A DNA stretch of 64,000 nucleotides from Candidatus Marinacidobacterales bacterium (GCA_965219415.1 CBDCNP010000002.1:3776001-3840000); one strand, 5' to 3'; numbered from the stretch's first letter, positions 21,618 through 31,680 are shown. Made by a program: numbers and translations. The notes: generated by a model from the sequence alone, not told the origin.

Positions 21618-21746
21618 CGTCGTGTCCAAAAATACAAACGAACTCTAAGACCCGCGCGCCGGTCCGGCGCCGAGTTCATCTATCATTATCGTGGAGAGCG
21701 CAACCATCAAGGGCTTGGCAACGCGTTTGTGTTTTTAGACACGACG
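21618..21746 (+). mobile_element. 129 bp MITE-like remnant of a related rve element
   Basis: IRs CGTCGTGTCCAAAAATACAAACG / CGTTTGTGTTTTTAGACACGACG around [17 protein letters not shown], which matches [13 protein letters not shown] in the 26986 transposase. Confidence 0.8.
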
Positions 21747-21846
21747 CGGCTCACGCGATAAAACGGACGAACACTATGGACCTAATTGCGAGGCGGCTAG
21801 GAGCCGGATGCGGCAAGATCCTGCCCCACGATTTCTTTGGCGTCAG

Positions 21847-22137
21847 CTACCTGGTCGACGGTTTGAGGATGTTACCTTGATTGTCCATCACGCCGATGGT
21901 GCTGTCACCGTAACGTTTCAGCGCACTTTCTATAGCCTCCTTGTTAGTTCCGGCGATGTAAACCGGTCCTCGATGTCCGCTGAGCTGGCGACCTGCATCC
22001 GGCACGGTGTCGGGTGTTTCGATCTCGATCGTGATGTCGGGCGTCTTGATGTCCGGCCCCTTACCTTGGTTGTATCCAGTGTTGTACTTGTTAGCAAGTC
22101 GATTTGCCGTGGTCTTATGAGACCGGCTTTCTGACAT
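21847..22137 (-). CDS. 96 aa hypothetical protein, possible minimal PD-(D/E)xK-like nuclease fold
   Basis: RBS AAGGAG before ATG 22137; SH...GPDIKT...IEIET motif. Confidence 0.7.
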   Translation of the reverse strand: MSESRSHKTTANRLANKYNTGYNQGKGPDIKTPDITIEIETPDTVPDAGRQLSGHRGPVYIAGTNKEAIESALKRYGDSTIGVMDNQGNILKPSTR

Positions 22138-22333
22138 TGGTATTTCTCCTTTCACTCCAGAACACGAGGCGAGTTGGGTTCTGCTAACCAAGCTTGCATT
22201 GGGCTCAAAGACACGGGATTATCTGCTAAAAGTGCAAGAGCTACGAAAGCGAGCAGCGGCTACGCGTCGAGCATTGACCTGACCGCACGGTTAGTATCAC
22301 ATTGTATCTTAGTAACTAGGTGCCTACAAGGGC

Positions 22334-22543
22334 TGGTTGAAGCCGGCGGAGTGGAGCGGAGCCGGTTTCAACCAAATCGTTTCCGGCGCCGGCAGTCGGT
22401 AACCCAACGAGCTGTGGGGTCTGAGGTAATTGAACTCTTGCCGCCACCTTTCGATCAATACCTTAGCCTCCTCGCCTGCAATGGTCCGGCCTCGCTGAGG
22501 CCAGACTCAACTAAAACACTCTCCGGAAAATCTGAGGGGTTCA
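22334..22543. mobile_element. IS3-family end remnants
   Basis: GCCAGACTCAACTAAAACACTCTCCGGAAAATCTGAGGGGTTCA resembles IS3 (IS51-group) right ends. It truncates the adjacent gene. Confidence 0.5.
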
Positions 22544-22955
22544 CCCTTTTCGTTTGTGATTTCTCCTTTGGGTTCCTCGGTGTTAGCGAATGGCCACAAT
22601 AGTACTCGTTGCCATACTTTGGGCACCGTTATACTGTTTTGCCAGTCCTTTACTTCTTCTTGAAAGCTCTCTTTAAAGTACATGTCTGAAATGCGGCTCA
22701 CCAGTGCTAGCCAACATTTGCTATCCGGATGTGTCTCTTTCCATTCGATGGCCTTTGGCGTCTTCTTCTCTATTGCGTCCACGATTGCTCTCTGCACCTC
22801 TACTCCGGGTATGCATCCTTCGTAGCTCATTTCGATACCTATTCGTGGCACTTGTGTTTGCTACTCTGTTTTGGCCCATATTGATCGTCTGATTTGGCCC
22901 ACCCGTATCGAACCGTTAGTCTTCCCGGGGCGAAGTCCCGGGAAGGAGGTGTCGG

Positions 22956-24509
22956 TTGGAAAGGGGTGCCAAAGTGCGACTGTTCGAGCAGATGAGGCGA
23001 GAGTACGAACGCGGAGTTGGAACGATTCAAGGAGTTGCAACGAAGTACGGTGTTCACCGACGAATGGTGCGACAGGCCCTGGAGAAGGCTGTGCCACGGG
23101 AGCGTAAATGTCCAGAACGGGCGTCACCGAAACTGGGTCCAGTGGTCGAGTTCATCGACGGGATTCTGGAAGGAGACAAGCGAGCCCCGCGCAAACAGCG
23201 TCACACGGCTCATCGAATCTGGAGTCGTGTGATTGAGGAGTATCCGGGACATGAGATAGCGGAACCAACGATACGTCGCTACGTAGGTCGTCGGAGGCGA
23301 GAGCTGGGGTTGAAGGACGCCGAAGTGTTCGTGCCCCAGAGTTACGAGTGGGGCGGTGAAGGCCAAGTGGACTGGTACGAGGCTCACTCACGGATCGGAG
23401 GGCGAGAGCAGAAGGTCTACGTGCTGGTGGTTCGGAGCATGGCAAGCGGAGGGGCGTTGCATCGAGGGTATCCGCGTCCGACGCAGCAAGCGTTTTTCGA
23501 AGCGCACGAGAAGGCGTTCGAGTTTTTCGGCGGGGTGTTCCACCGGCTGCGTTACGACAACCTATCGCTGGCGGTGAGGAAGATCCTTCGGGGTCACCAA
23601 CGTGAGCAAACAGAACGGTTCATCATGTTTCGCTCGCATTGGAGTTTTGAGTCGGAATTTTGCAATCCGAGCCGTGGAAACGAGAAAGGCGGTGTGGAAA
23701 GCGAGGTCGGCTACTTCCGCCGCAATCACTGGACGCCGGTCCCTGAGTTCACGGATTGGGAAGAGCTGAACGACTACCTGCTGACGTGTTGCCGCAAGGA
23801 GGAGAAACGTCACATCTCCGGCAAAGCACATACGGTTGGTGTTGGGATGGAGTACGAACGCGAGCACCTGTTGCCACTGGCGACGCAGGGTTTCGAGCTC
23901 GAAGAAAGACGAATCGGTCTGGTGGATAAGAAGGGTTGCGTCCGTGCGGGCACGAACTGGTACTCGACGCCGCTCAAGCGCGGCCAACGTGCGGTGGCCA
24001 AGCTGATGCCGCTTGAAGTTGAGGTCTGGCACGAGGGACGCCGGGTGGCGCGTCACGAACGCTGCTACGACCGCATGAAACAAGTACTAGATCTTGAACA
24101 CTACTTGGACGTCCTCGAGCGCAAACCCGGAGCCTTAGCCGGGTCGACGCCTCTGGCGCAGTGGCGCGAGCAAGGACGGTGGCCAGCGAGCTACGATGAA
24201 GTGTGGAAGCGATTGAATCGTCGTCACGGCAAGCAAGAAGGCACGCGTCAGATGATCGAACTCGTGCAGCTTGGACGCCGACACGGTTACGACCAGCTAA
24301 GAGATACGTTGCGTGTGGCGCTTGAGATCGGCTGTATCGATGCAGACGCGATTCGGCACCTTGTCGAGTCTCCATCGCTTTCGCGCGCGGCATCGTCAGA
24401 GCTAGTCCAATCTCAACTCGGTGAGCTGGCGCGCTACGAACGTCCTCTACCTCACGTGGGTCACTACGACCGACTCGTGGATGAGCAGGCACACGAGGTA
24501 AGTCGATGA
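22956..24509 (+). CDS. istA: IS21 transposase IstA
   Basis: [30 protein letters not shown]. Confidence 0.95.
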   Translation: MERGAKVRLFEQMRREYERGVGTIQGVATKYGVHRRMVRQALEKAVPRERKCPERASPKLGPVVEFIDGILEGDKRAPRKQRHTAHRIWSRVIEEYPGHEIAEPTIRRYVGRRRRELGLKDAEVFVPQSYEWGGEGQVDWYEAHSRIGGREQKVYVLVVRSMASGGALHRGYPRPTQQAFFEAHEKAFEFFGGVFHRLRYDNLSLAVRKILRGHQREQTERFIMFRSHWSFESEFCNPSRGNEKGGVESEVGYFRRNHWTPVPEFTDWEELNDYLLTCCRKEEKRHISGKAHTVGVGMEYEREHLLPLATQGFELEERRIGLVDKKGCVRAGTNWYSTPLKRGQRAVAKLMPLEVEVWHEGRRVARHERCYDRMKQVLDLEHYLDVLERKPGALAGSTPLAQWREQGRWPASYDEVWKRLNRRHGKQEGTRQMIELVQLGRRHGYDQLRDTLRVALEIGCIDADAIRHLVESPSLSRAASSELVQSQLGELARYERPLPHVGHYDRLVDEQAHEVSR

Positions 24510-25277
24510 GACAACCCGTCGAGATTCAGACGATCCAGCAGCATTGCAAGACGCTTCGGATGCCAACGGTGTCAGCTCAGTTCCACAAGCTCGCAGAACA
24601 AGCTAGCCGCGAAAAACAAACCCACGTGGGTTATCTGGAGGTTCTGCTCAGCTCTGAAGTCGAAGAGCGAGAACACCGAACGGTTCAGAGACGGCTGAAG
24701 GAAGCACAGCTGCCGAGAGCGAAGACGCTCGACGAGTTCGACTTCTCGCTGTCACCGAAGCTGTCCGCTCAGCGAATCCGCCAACTCACTGAGGGTAGAT
24801 ACCTCGAGCGGGCAGAGCCGGTGATTTTTTCTCGGCGATGCCGGCACTGGCAAAACCCATCTCGCCACCGCGCTGTGTGTAGAGGCCTGCCAGCAGCGTC
24901 GTCGAGTGCGGTTCACGACCGCGTCGAGGCTCGTCAACGAACTCGTCGAGGCCAAGGAGGAGCTCCAGCTTTCTAAGGCTATTCGCAAGCACGCCCGCTT
25001 CGAACTGCTGTGCATCGACGAACTCGGCTACGTACCGCTCGCCGAGGTCGGTGCCGAACTGTTGTTTCAGGTCGTCTCCGAACGATGTGAGCGCGCCGCG
25101 ACCGTCATCACCACTAACTTGCCGTTCTCGGAATGGACGCAAGTGTTCACAAACGCCCGGCTGTGCAAAGCGCTACTGGACCGGCTCACCGACCAGGCTC
25201 ACATCCTCGAAACCGGTACCGAGTCCTATCGCTTCCGTCGCTCGCTCAAAACCCGGAAAAAGACGGCAACATCATGA
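24506..25277 (+). CDS. istB: IS21 helper ATPase IstB, frameshift in a T run near 24828
   Basis: KTLDEFDF, (FL)[32 protein letters not shown]. Confidence 0.95.
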
Positions 25278-26120
25278 CAGAACACGCTTTGCTCCGGTTT
25301 CACTCGAGGCGGCCTTCACTTAGCTCCGGCCGCAACAGAGGAAAGGGGCACTTATTACTTCTCTTCGTGTGTAATCAATAACTTAGGGTGGGCCAAATGA
25401 AATGATCAAAGTGGGCCAGACCGGGTGGACAAAAACAGGCACTAGCCCTCGTTCTGACTGCGTCTGATGCTGAACCTGCACTAGACCTAGTCGTACTCCA
25501 CACTCCAGGTCTATAAACGGCTTCTCGTAAATCGGCTGACCTGGTTCAGCGTACCGTGCAAGCGCTCTTCTTGCCTGGCGGACCAAAACCCGTTTCGACG
25601 GTGCCTCTTGAAGATTGTATTCGACGACGATGTGGCATCTGCCGTAGCTGGTATGAAATGGTATTCCTTTTCCTTCTAACATTCCCTCTAAGATTTGATG
25701 AACCCTCTTTTCTAGTGTGTCCGTTGATGTCGTGCCATCCGGTCCAAGTGTCTTGAGTGCTGTTACTTCTACTGCTAGGTCTTTCCCTACTCTGAAGTCG
25801 GGGAAGTGGTTTCGGTCTCGCTGCACATCCTCATAGTGTTTGCGGAGCCAGTTCTCAACCCGTGTTTCGCACCATTCTGATTCTGTGCCCATCTTTCTTG
25901 TTGCTGTCTCTCTGCACGGCTTTCATGTTGCCGGTAGCCGCCGTTCCTTGAGTTTGATGAACAGTTGCGCCTAGTTCCCGGCTCAGAGGGCTAGGTAGAT
26001 TCCGAGTAGGGATATATCATGTCTCCATGACCAGATTCCGGGTTTCGGTTACGGTCCTGTGTATGATCACGCACTAGGAATGCCGCCCGAAGGCGTCACC
26101 ACCAGCCGCACCTTGGGGTC

Positions 26121-26789
26121 GTGGTGAAAAGCTGGTGGGATCTGGGCGATTGGAGCGGGTATCGCGGCAACGAGCTTGCTCTTCACGAGGTTAACTGCCC
26201 CTTCTGCCACGAACGCGGAAACTTCTCTTTCGCCCACCGCGCCGACAAGAAAAAGCCCAACGCATCGAGGGTCTTGCACTTCGACACTCTCAAGTGTGGA
26301 ACCTGCGCGGGATACGTGATGGTGCTTTGGTCCACGAACAATTTCGGTGGAATGCACGACTTTCGTGTTCTGCCTTGGCCGCTTCGCCGCCAAAAGGCCC
26401 CGGAACACTGGCCCGACTCGGTAGGCCGATTCTGGCTCCAAGCTCATCGAAGCTACGCGGACGAGAACTGGGATGCTGCGGCTGTCATGGCCCGGAGTGC
26501 TGTTCAAGCGGCGCTGAGAGCACACGATGCCCAAGGCCGGAACCTCAAGGAGGAGATCGATGATTTAGCTGAACGTGGACTCCTGCCCCCTCACATGAAA
26601 GACTGGGCACACGAGTTACGAGAACTCGGCAACGAGTCCGCTCATCCAATCGCCGAAGGGAACAAGCCATCACGAGGTGATGTACAGGATATTATTGAAT
26701 TCCTGGATTTCTTGTTCCAATATCTCTACAACCTTCCGCACGAAATCAGGCAGTATCGCAAACGGCGTGCTAACGAGACTACTAACTAA
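26121..26789 (+). CDS. DUF4145 (HEPN-like) domain protein with N-terminal zinc ribbon
   Basis: CPFC...CGTC; AAAVMARSAVQ...NLKEEID...AHELRELGNESAH (RxxxNxxAH). Confidence 0.85.
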   Translation: MVKSWWDLGDWSGYRGNELALHEVNCPFCHERGNFSFAHRADKKKPNASRVLHFDTLKCGTCAGYVMVLWSTNNFGGMHDFRVLPWPLRRQKAPEHWPDSVGRFWLQAHRSYADENWDAAAVMARSAVQAALRAHDAQGRNLKEEIDDLAERGLLPPHMKDWAHELRELGNESAHPIAEGNKPSRGDVQDIIEFLDFLFQYLYNLPHEIRQYRKRRANETTN

Positions 26790-26801
26790 CGTGGTCTTGC
26801 C

Positions 26802-26825
26802 CGTCGTGTCCAAAAACACAAACGC
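26802..26825 (+). repeat. Solo terminal repeat of the CGTCGTGTCCAAAA element type
   Basis: CGTCGTGTCCAAAAACACAAACG matches the ends at 21618 and 21746. Confidence 0.8.
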
Positions 26826-26857
26826 TGTGCCTTCTATTTCATTCATCCGCGGGCACC

Positions 26858-28285
26858 CGTCCTGTGCCAAAATTCGGCCCTTTTGAAATAGGCCATAAAT
26901 CAGCAGCTTAGTGTCTGTGTTTGCGCCGGGGCCAAGGGCCGTAGGCTTTACAATCGTCTAGCCCGAGGGTGTTATCTTCAGCTCCATGATGACGTACCAC
27001 GTGCAATTCCTACTGCTCGTTCTAGCTGGCTGGGTCAACCGCCAGCAGCAGGATGTGATCGACTACCAGCAAGAGGAGAACCGTGTGCTCCGAGCCGGGC
27101 TTCGGGGCAAGCGTCTCAGTCTCTCGGACGACGACCGGCGCAGGCTCGCCGTCAAGGCCCAGGCTTTGGGCCGCGAGGCGCTGGCCCAGATTGCGTCCGT
27201 TGCCACACCCGCTACGCTTGTGCGCTGGTACCGCCACCTCATCGCAGCCAAGTACGATGGCAGCAAGAACCGGAGCCCAGGCCGACCTCCGACGGCGAAG
27301 GACATCCGTGAGCTCATTGTGCGCGTGGCGCGGGAGAACCCGACGTGGGGATATACGCGCCTGCGAGGCGCACTCAAGAACCTCGGACATGAACTCGGAC
27401 GCAACACCATCAAGAGGCTCCTCGCCGAGCACGGTATCGCTCCTGCGCCGGAGCGGGGCAGGAGCATGTCGTGGAGCACCTTCATCAAGGCTCATTGGGG
27501 TGCCATCGCTGCGACAGACCTGTTCCCCGTCGAGGTGGTGAACCCGTTCGGGCTCGTCCGCTACCATGTCCTGTTTGTCATCGATATCGCCACTCGCTGC
27601 GTGTGCATCGGTGGGATAACGTCGGACCCCAACGGGGAGTGGATGAAGCAGGTGGCAAGAAACCTCACGGACATGTGGGATGGTTTCCTCCTTGGCAAGC
27701 GATACCTCATCCACGACCGGGACCCGCTATTCACCGAGGCGGTACGTGGGCTGTTGAGAGATTCAGGCGTGAAGCCCCTTCGCCTTCCCGCTAATAGTCC
27801 GAATCTGAACGCATATGCGGAAAGATTCGTTCTCTCCATACGTGGAGAGTGTCTCGACCGCTTCGTACCTCTCAGTGAGCGACACCTGCGCACAGCGGTA
27901 AGCGAATACGTCGTGCACTATCACACAGAACGGAACCACCAAGGTCTCGGCAACGAGCTCCTCACACCTCTGCCGGCAAGCGCGAATGACGCTGGCCCCA
28001 TCGTGTCGCGAGAGCGACTTGGGGGCATTCTCAACTACTACTGCCGTGCCGCGTAGATTGTCGCCGGCGACGGTAGCCACTCGGCGGGCTCGACAGGCGT
28101 AGCGTGGAAACCGCTTCAGGAACACGCTTCGATATTCGCTCTCGACTAGGAGGTCATCTGCATGGTGACGACCCGCCTGCCCAAGACGATTGTAAAGCCC
28201 ATGGCCCTTGGCCCGGTCGCAAACACAGACACTAAGTTGCTGATTTATGGCCTATTTCAAAAGGGCCGAGTTTTGGCACAGGACG
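26858..28285 (+). mobile_element. Single-ORF DDE (rve; IS481/IS3-like) element with ~102 bp terminal IRs
   Basis: IR-L 26858-26959 and IR-R 28184-28285 differ at about 6 positions by eye; they enclose the transposase. Confidence 0.9.
26986..28056 (+). CDS. Integrase-core (rve) DDE transposase
   Basis: [47 protein letters not shown]. Confidence 0.92.
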   Translation: MMTYHVQFLLLVLAGWVNRQQQDVIDYQQEENRVLRAGLRGKRLSLSDDDRRRLAVKAQALGREALAQIASVATPATLVRWYRHLIAAKYDGSKNRSPGRPPTAKDIRELIVRVARENPTWGYTRLRGALKNLGHELGRNTIKRLLAEHGIAPAPERGRSMSWSTFIKAHWGAIAATDLFPVEVVNPFGLVRYHVLFVIDIATRCVCIGGITSDPNGEWMKQVARNLTDMWDGFLLGKRYLIHDRDPLFTEAVRGLLRDSGVKPLRLPANSPNLNAYAERFVLSIRGECLDRFVPLSERHLRTAVSEYVVHYHTERNHQGLGNELLTPLPASANDAGPIVSRERLGGILNYYCRAA

Positions 28286-28486
28286 GGGAACAACGCGTTC
28301 TTTCTGAATCACGTTATTGCGTCGGTGGCCCGGCAGCGACAGAGTGCAGAACCTCCACCGAGGCGAACACGAGTTCGCAGGACCTCAACTCCCATGGCTG
28401 TCTGCCCGTCAATACGCGATCTTCTTTTTTGCGGATCACACCTTGGCCTAGCACTAGAAACGCGCGTTTGATAAGCTCGCAACACT

Positions 28487-29105
28487 TTGACGGAGAGACG
28501 AACCGACACACTGATCGTCCTGATGCTGCTAGCATCCGGAGGGGCTTGCAGCGACTTACGGAGAGAGCGCGCTGTTTCCCTTCTCGCTCCTTCTCAGCCT
28601 TCCAGGGAAGTGGAGTTGGAAGGAAAGTCCCGAACAGCGTTGGACGGCTCAAGGTGGGTGTCCCCGCTAAAGGTACCGCCGAACGCAGTGCTCCAGTTCT
28701 CGATGGCTGTATTAGGCACACCCAGTGCCGGTCTGCCCGAGACAGAGTTTCTGATCGAGATCGAAGTCGATGACAAGCGGAGCCGCGCGTTTCGCGAGAC
28801 CCTTGCTGCACAGGAGGGGAATCGTTGGAACGACCGCATGGTTGATCTCACTCCGTGGGAGGGGAGAGCGGTTTCGTTGATATTCACGGCGCAGCCTGTG
28901 CTGGACGCCTCGGGCGCGGTGCATCGGCAATCACTGGCTCCGGTTTGGGGCGACCCGGTTCTTGCGAACGCCCGGTTGGGGCAATCGGTCGAACTCTTCA
29001 ATGATTGGCATCGCCGACCCCGCCGGACGTACTCAGTAGGCGATACGAAATTCAGCCACGACCGCGGCTTCTATGAGACCCCTTTCGAAGTGACCCTCAC
29101 TACCG
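28487..29105 (+). pseudogene. Fused orphan fragments: sulfatase-associated N-terminal domain plus a short CotH/Fn3-associated-like piece
   Basis: Lipoprotein-like start, W.DRMVDLTPWEGRAVSLIF, VWGDPVL; then KFSHDRGFYETPFEVTLT; cut by the element end at 29106. Confidence 0.5.
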
Positions 29106-30515
29106 CCTGTGCATCGTCAAAACTGCTCCGCCCACGAAATCAAGGACTTACGCTCCGCTTGAATTCCGGGCCGAAGACGGCGAAACTCCGCCGCTATGCT
29201 CGACGTTGTTGTCTTCCTCGTCTCACTTGGCGTCCGTGCCATTCGGGTGATGTGTCGGCACCGCGCCGACCTGGTGTTGGAGAACGTTGCTTTGTGGCAG
29301 CAAGTGACGGCGCTGAAGAAAGAGCGCCCACGCCCACCGCTCGACGACACGGAACGGGCTTTCTGGGTTGCCCTTCGAGGTTCGTGGCCCGTGTGGGCGA
29401 GCCGCCTGCTCATCGTCCACGCGGACACCGTGGCCCGTTGGCATCGCGACCGATTCCGACGGTACTGGGCAAAGATCTCGCAGCGCCGCCATCCCGGTCG
29501 GCCTCGGATTGATGCCGAGATTCGCCGCCTCGTCCGCACGATGGCGCAAGACGGCTGGGGGGCGCCACGCATCCATGCTGAGCTCACCAAGCTCGGTTTC
29601 ATCATCTCCGAGAGCACGGTGTCGCGATACCTGCCGCGGCGTCCCGCGGAGCCCGACCAGCTGAAGCGATGGATGGCTTTCTTGCACAACCATAAAGACG
29701 ATATCGCCGCCATGGATCTGTTCACCGTGCCCACCGCGTCGCTCCGGCTGCTGTATGGCTTCTTCGTCATCGAGCACGGTCGTCGGCACATCGTTCACTT
29801 CAACGCCACGTTCCACCCGACGTCTGCTTGGGTTATTCAGCAACTGCGTGAGGCGTTTCCCTACGACACCGCTCCGAGACATCTCATCTTCGATCGCGAC
29901 TTCATCTTTAGCGCTGCGGTCATCGAGTTCATCAAGGCAACGGGCACAAAACCCGTTCGCACTTCGTTTCGCAGCCCATGGCAAAACGGAACCGCGGAGC
30001 GGTGGGTCGGCAGCTGCCGTCGCGAGCTCCTTGAGCACGTCGTGGTTCTCGGCGCATGTCATCTCATCCGGCTCGTGCGAGCTTACATCAGCTACTATCA
30101 CGAGGACCGTTGCCACTTGGGGCTGAACAAGGACACACCGAGCTTGAGAGCGGTCACGCACCGACCGTCTCCTACGGCGAAAGTCGTCGCACTGCCGCGA
30201 GTCGGTGGACTGCACCACCGATACGAGTGGCGAGAGGCAGCCTGAGTCAGCTTGGTCGCTCGCGTTACTCGGCTGGTCGCCGAGAAGTTCGTCCTCAGCA
30301 CCTTCCCTCGCGCGCTGACCACGCTCTCCAGCATGTGCTCAAGGGCAGTCCGGGCCTGGAGTCCAGTCCCGGACTAGTAATAATGATGGACACGGGACCA
30401 TGCCTGCATGATTTCGTCGTTTGTTCGCGCTCGGCCCTGGGCACGGCCGCAAACACAGACTCTAAGTTGCTGATTTATGGGCTATTTCAAAAGGGCTGAG
30501 TTTTGGCACAGGACG
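29106..30515 (+). mobile_element. Second rve-type element with hybrid ends
   Basis: Left end CCTGTGCATCGTCAAAACT; right end 30432-30515 nearly identical to IR-R of the 26858 element. Confidence 0.8.
29196..30245 (+). CDS. Integrase-core (rve) DDE transposase, divergent paralogue
   Basis: LENVAL, WGAPRIHAEL, AAMDLF, IFDRD, QNGTAERW, GGLHHRYEW. Confidence 0.92.
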   Translation: MLDVVVFLVSLGVRAIRVMCRHRADLVLENVALWQQVTALKKERPRPPLDDTERAFWVALRGSWPVWASRLLIVHADTVARWHRDRFRRYWAKISQRRHPGRPRIDAEIRRLVRTMAQDGWGAPRIHAELTKLGFIISESTVSRYLPRRPAEPDQLKRWMAFLHNHKDDIAAMDLFTVPTASLRLLYGFFVIEHGRRHIVHFNATFHPTSAWVIQQLREAFPYDTAPRHLIFDRDFIFSAAVIEFIKATGTKPVRTSFRSPWQNGTAERWVGSCRRELLEHVVVLGACHLIRLVRAYISYYHEDRCHLGLNKDTPSLRAVTHRPSPTAKVVALPRVGGLHHRYEWREAA

Positions 30516-30692
30516 GGAAATTGGGTCAGGGCTTCATTCGGTTTCCCGTTAACGCTAGTCGCCAAGGGGCAAGCCCAGGGCCAACTACGACGACGAAGAC
30601 GCGGGAGGTGAACAAACCATAAGCACTATTTTGTGTATCCTTTGTGTACCAAAAGCACCTCTCTTCCGAGCATTGCCGTAAGTCATTGAAAA

Positions 30693-30769
30693 TGGCGCGC
30701 CCTGGGCGATTCGAACACCCGACCTACTGATTCGTAGTCAGTCACTCTATCCAGCTGAGCTAAGGGCGC
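30693..30769 (-). tRNA. tRNA-Arg(ACG)
   Basis: GCGCCCTTAGCTCAGCTGGATAGAGTGACTGACTACGAATCAGTAGGTCGGGTGTTCGAATCGCCCAGGGCGCGCCA: cloverleaf, anticodon ACG, CCA end. Confidence 0.97.
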
Positions 30770-30808
30770 GCCCTAGACACCGAATGCTAACAAAGGTTTC
30801 GCGGGTGA

Positions 30809-31680
30809 TCAAATCCCCACCGACGGCTCGCTCATTCCATCGGTTAGATAGGCGTGCGCCATGTGGGGTGTGTTGAAGGCAAATCCCAGGCTTCCGTCGG
30901 GTGCAGTAATGATGATGCCGCCTCGTCCCTCGGTACGCATCTCGAGGAAACCGACGGCTTGGCGGGCTGCTTCCGGGGCGGGAACTCCGGAGCCCAAAAA
31001 CTCTACGGCTCTCCGTGCCATCAACACGCGGATAATCCCTTCACCCCATCCCGTCGAGGTCGCTGCACCGAGCCGATCATCCGCATAGAGACCGGAGCCG
31101 ACGAGCGGGGAGTCTCCCACCCGACCGGGAAGCTTCAGGAGCGATCCCCCGGTGGAGCTTGCCGCGGCCACATGCCCTTGCGAGTCTCGCGCCACCGCCC
31201 CCACGGTGTCGCCCGGCCCGAAGCTAATCGGATACTCATTTTGCCTCTGCTGTTTACTATGTTCTTTAGCCTTTTCCCAACGCGCGCGTTCACGTTCGAC
31301 GATTAGAGATGACGGCGCGCAGGTGGAAATTCCCTGAGAACGAGCGAACTCGACGGCGCCTGACCCGACGAGGAAGACGTGAGGCGAACGATCCATGACG
31401 CGTCTTGCCAATTCCAAGGGATGCACGATGCCTTGCACTGCCGCGACTGCTCCGACCCCGAGGGTGGCTCCTTCCATGATCGCGGCGTCGAGCTCTACTT
31501 CTCCAACCTGGTTCAAAACCGCGCCGTGATCGGCATTGAACGCAGTGTCATCCTCCATGAGTCGGACCGCTTCCCCCACCGGCGAATCGGTTTCGAAGTG
31601 CTCGGTGGTGGCGGCTCTTCGGTGGATGGATCCCGGTTTCGAACGAGAAAAGACGTGTCATCGAGAATAGCTATCGTCAT
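30809..31680 (-). pseudogene. Isoaspartyl peptidase/L-asparaginase (Ntn hydrolase) with a rearranged 5-prime end
   Basis: AVRLMEDD, ELDAAIMEG, GDTVGAVA, STGG, PGRVGDSP, TGWGE. The HGG motif is missing and codons around 31582-31628 are inverted. Confidence 0.88.

Larger units (their letters stand above)
22853..25437 (+). mobile_element. IS21-family insertion sequence
   Basis: TG...CA ends, ~52 bp imperfect IRs with repeated TGGCCCA(C/T), 6 bp target duplication GGCACT (22847-22852 and 25438-25443), istA plus istB. Confidence 0.95.
22544..25892 (-). pseudogene. Putative PD-(D/E)xK nuclease-like gene interrupted by IS21
   Basis: Removing the IS and one GGCACT copy joins ...ERGLVP to RIGIEMSYEG... 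in frame; N-terminal FPDF...LAVEVT motif. Confidence 0.75.

Noticed and set aside
22334-22372. TGGTTGAAGCCGGCGGAGT as a tmRNA/tRNA att remnant
   Set aside because: It is one arm of a local hairpin within IS3-like remnant sequence and lacks the T-loop motif.
26005-26027. dif/Xer-like site GATATATCATGTCTCCA
   Set aside because: Match to the XerC/XerD consensus is too weak.
20675-26800. Integron attC sites (GTTAGAC at ~20688, TAACTAAC at ~26785)
   Set aside because: No complete paired attC structure and no integron integrase seen.
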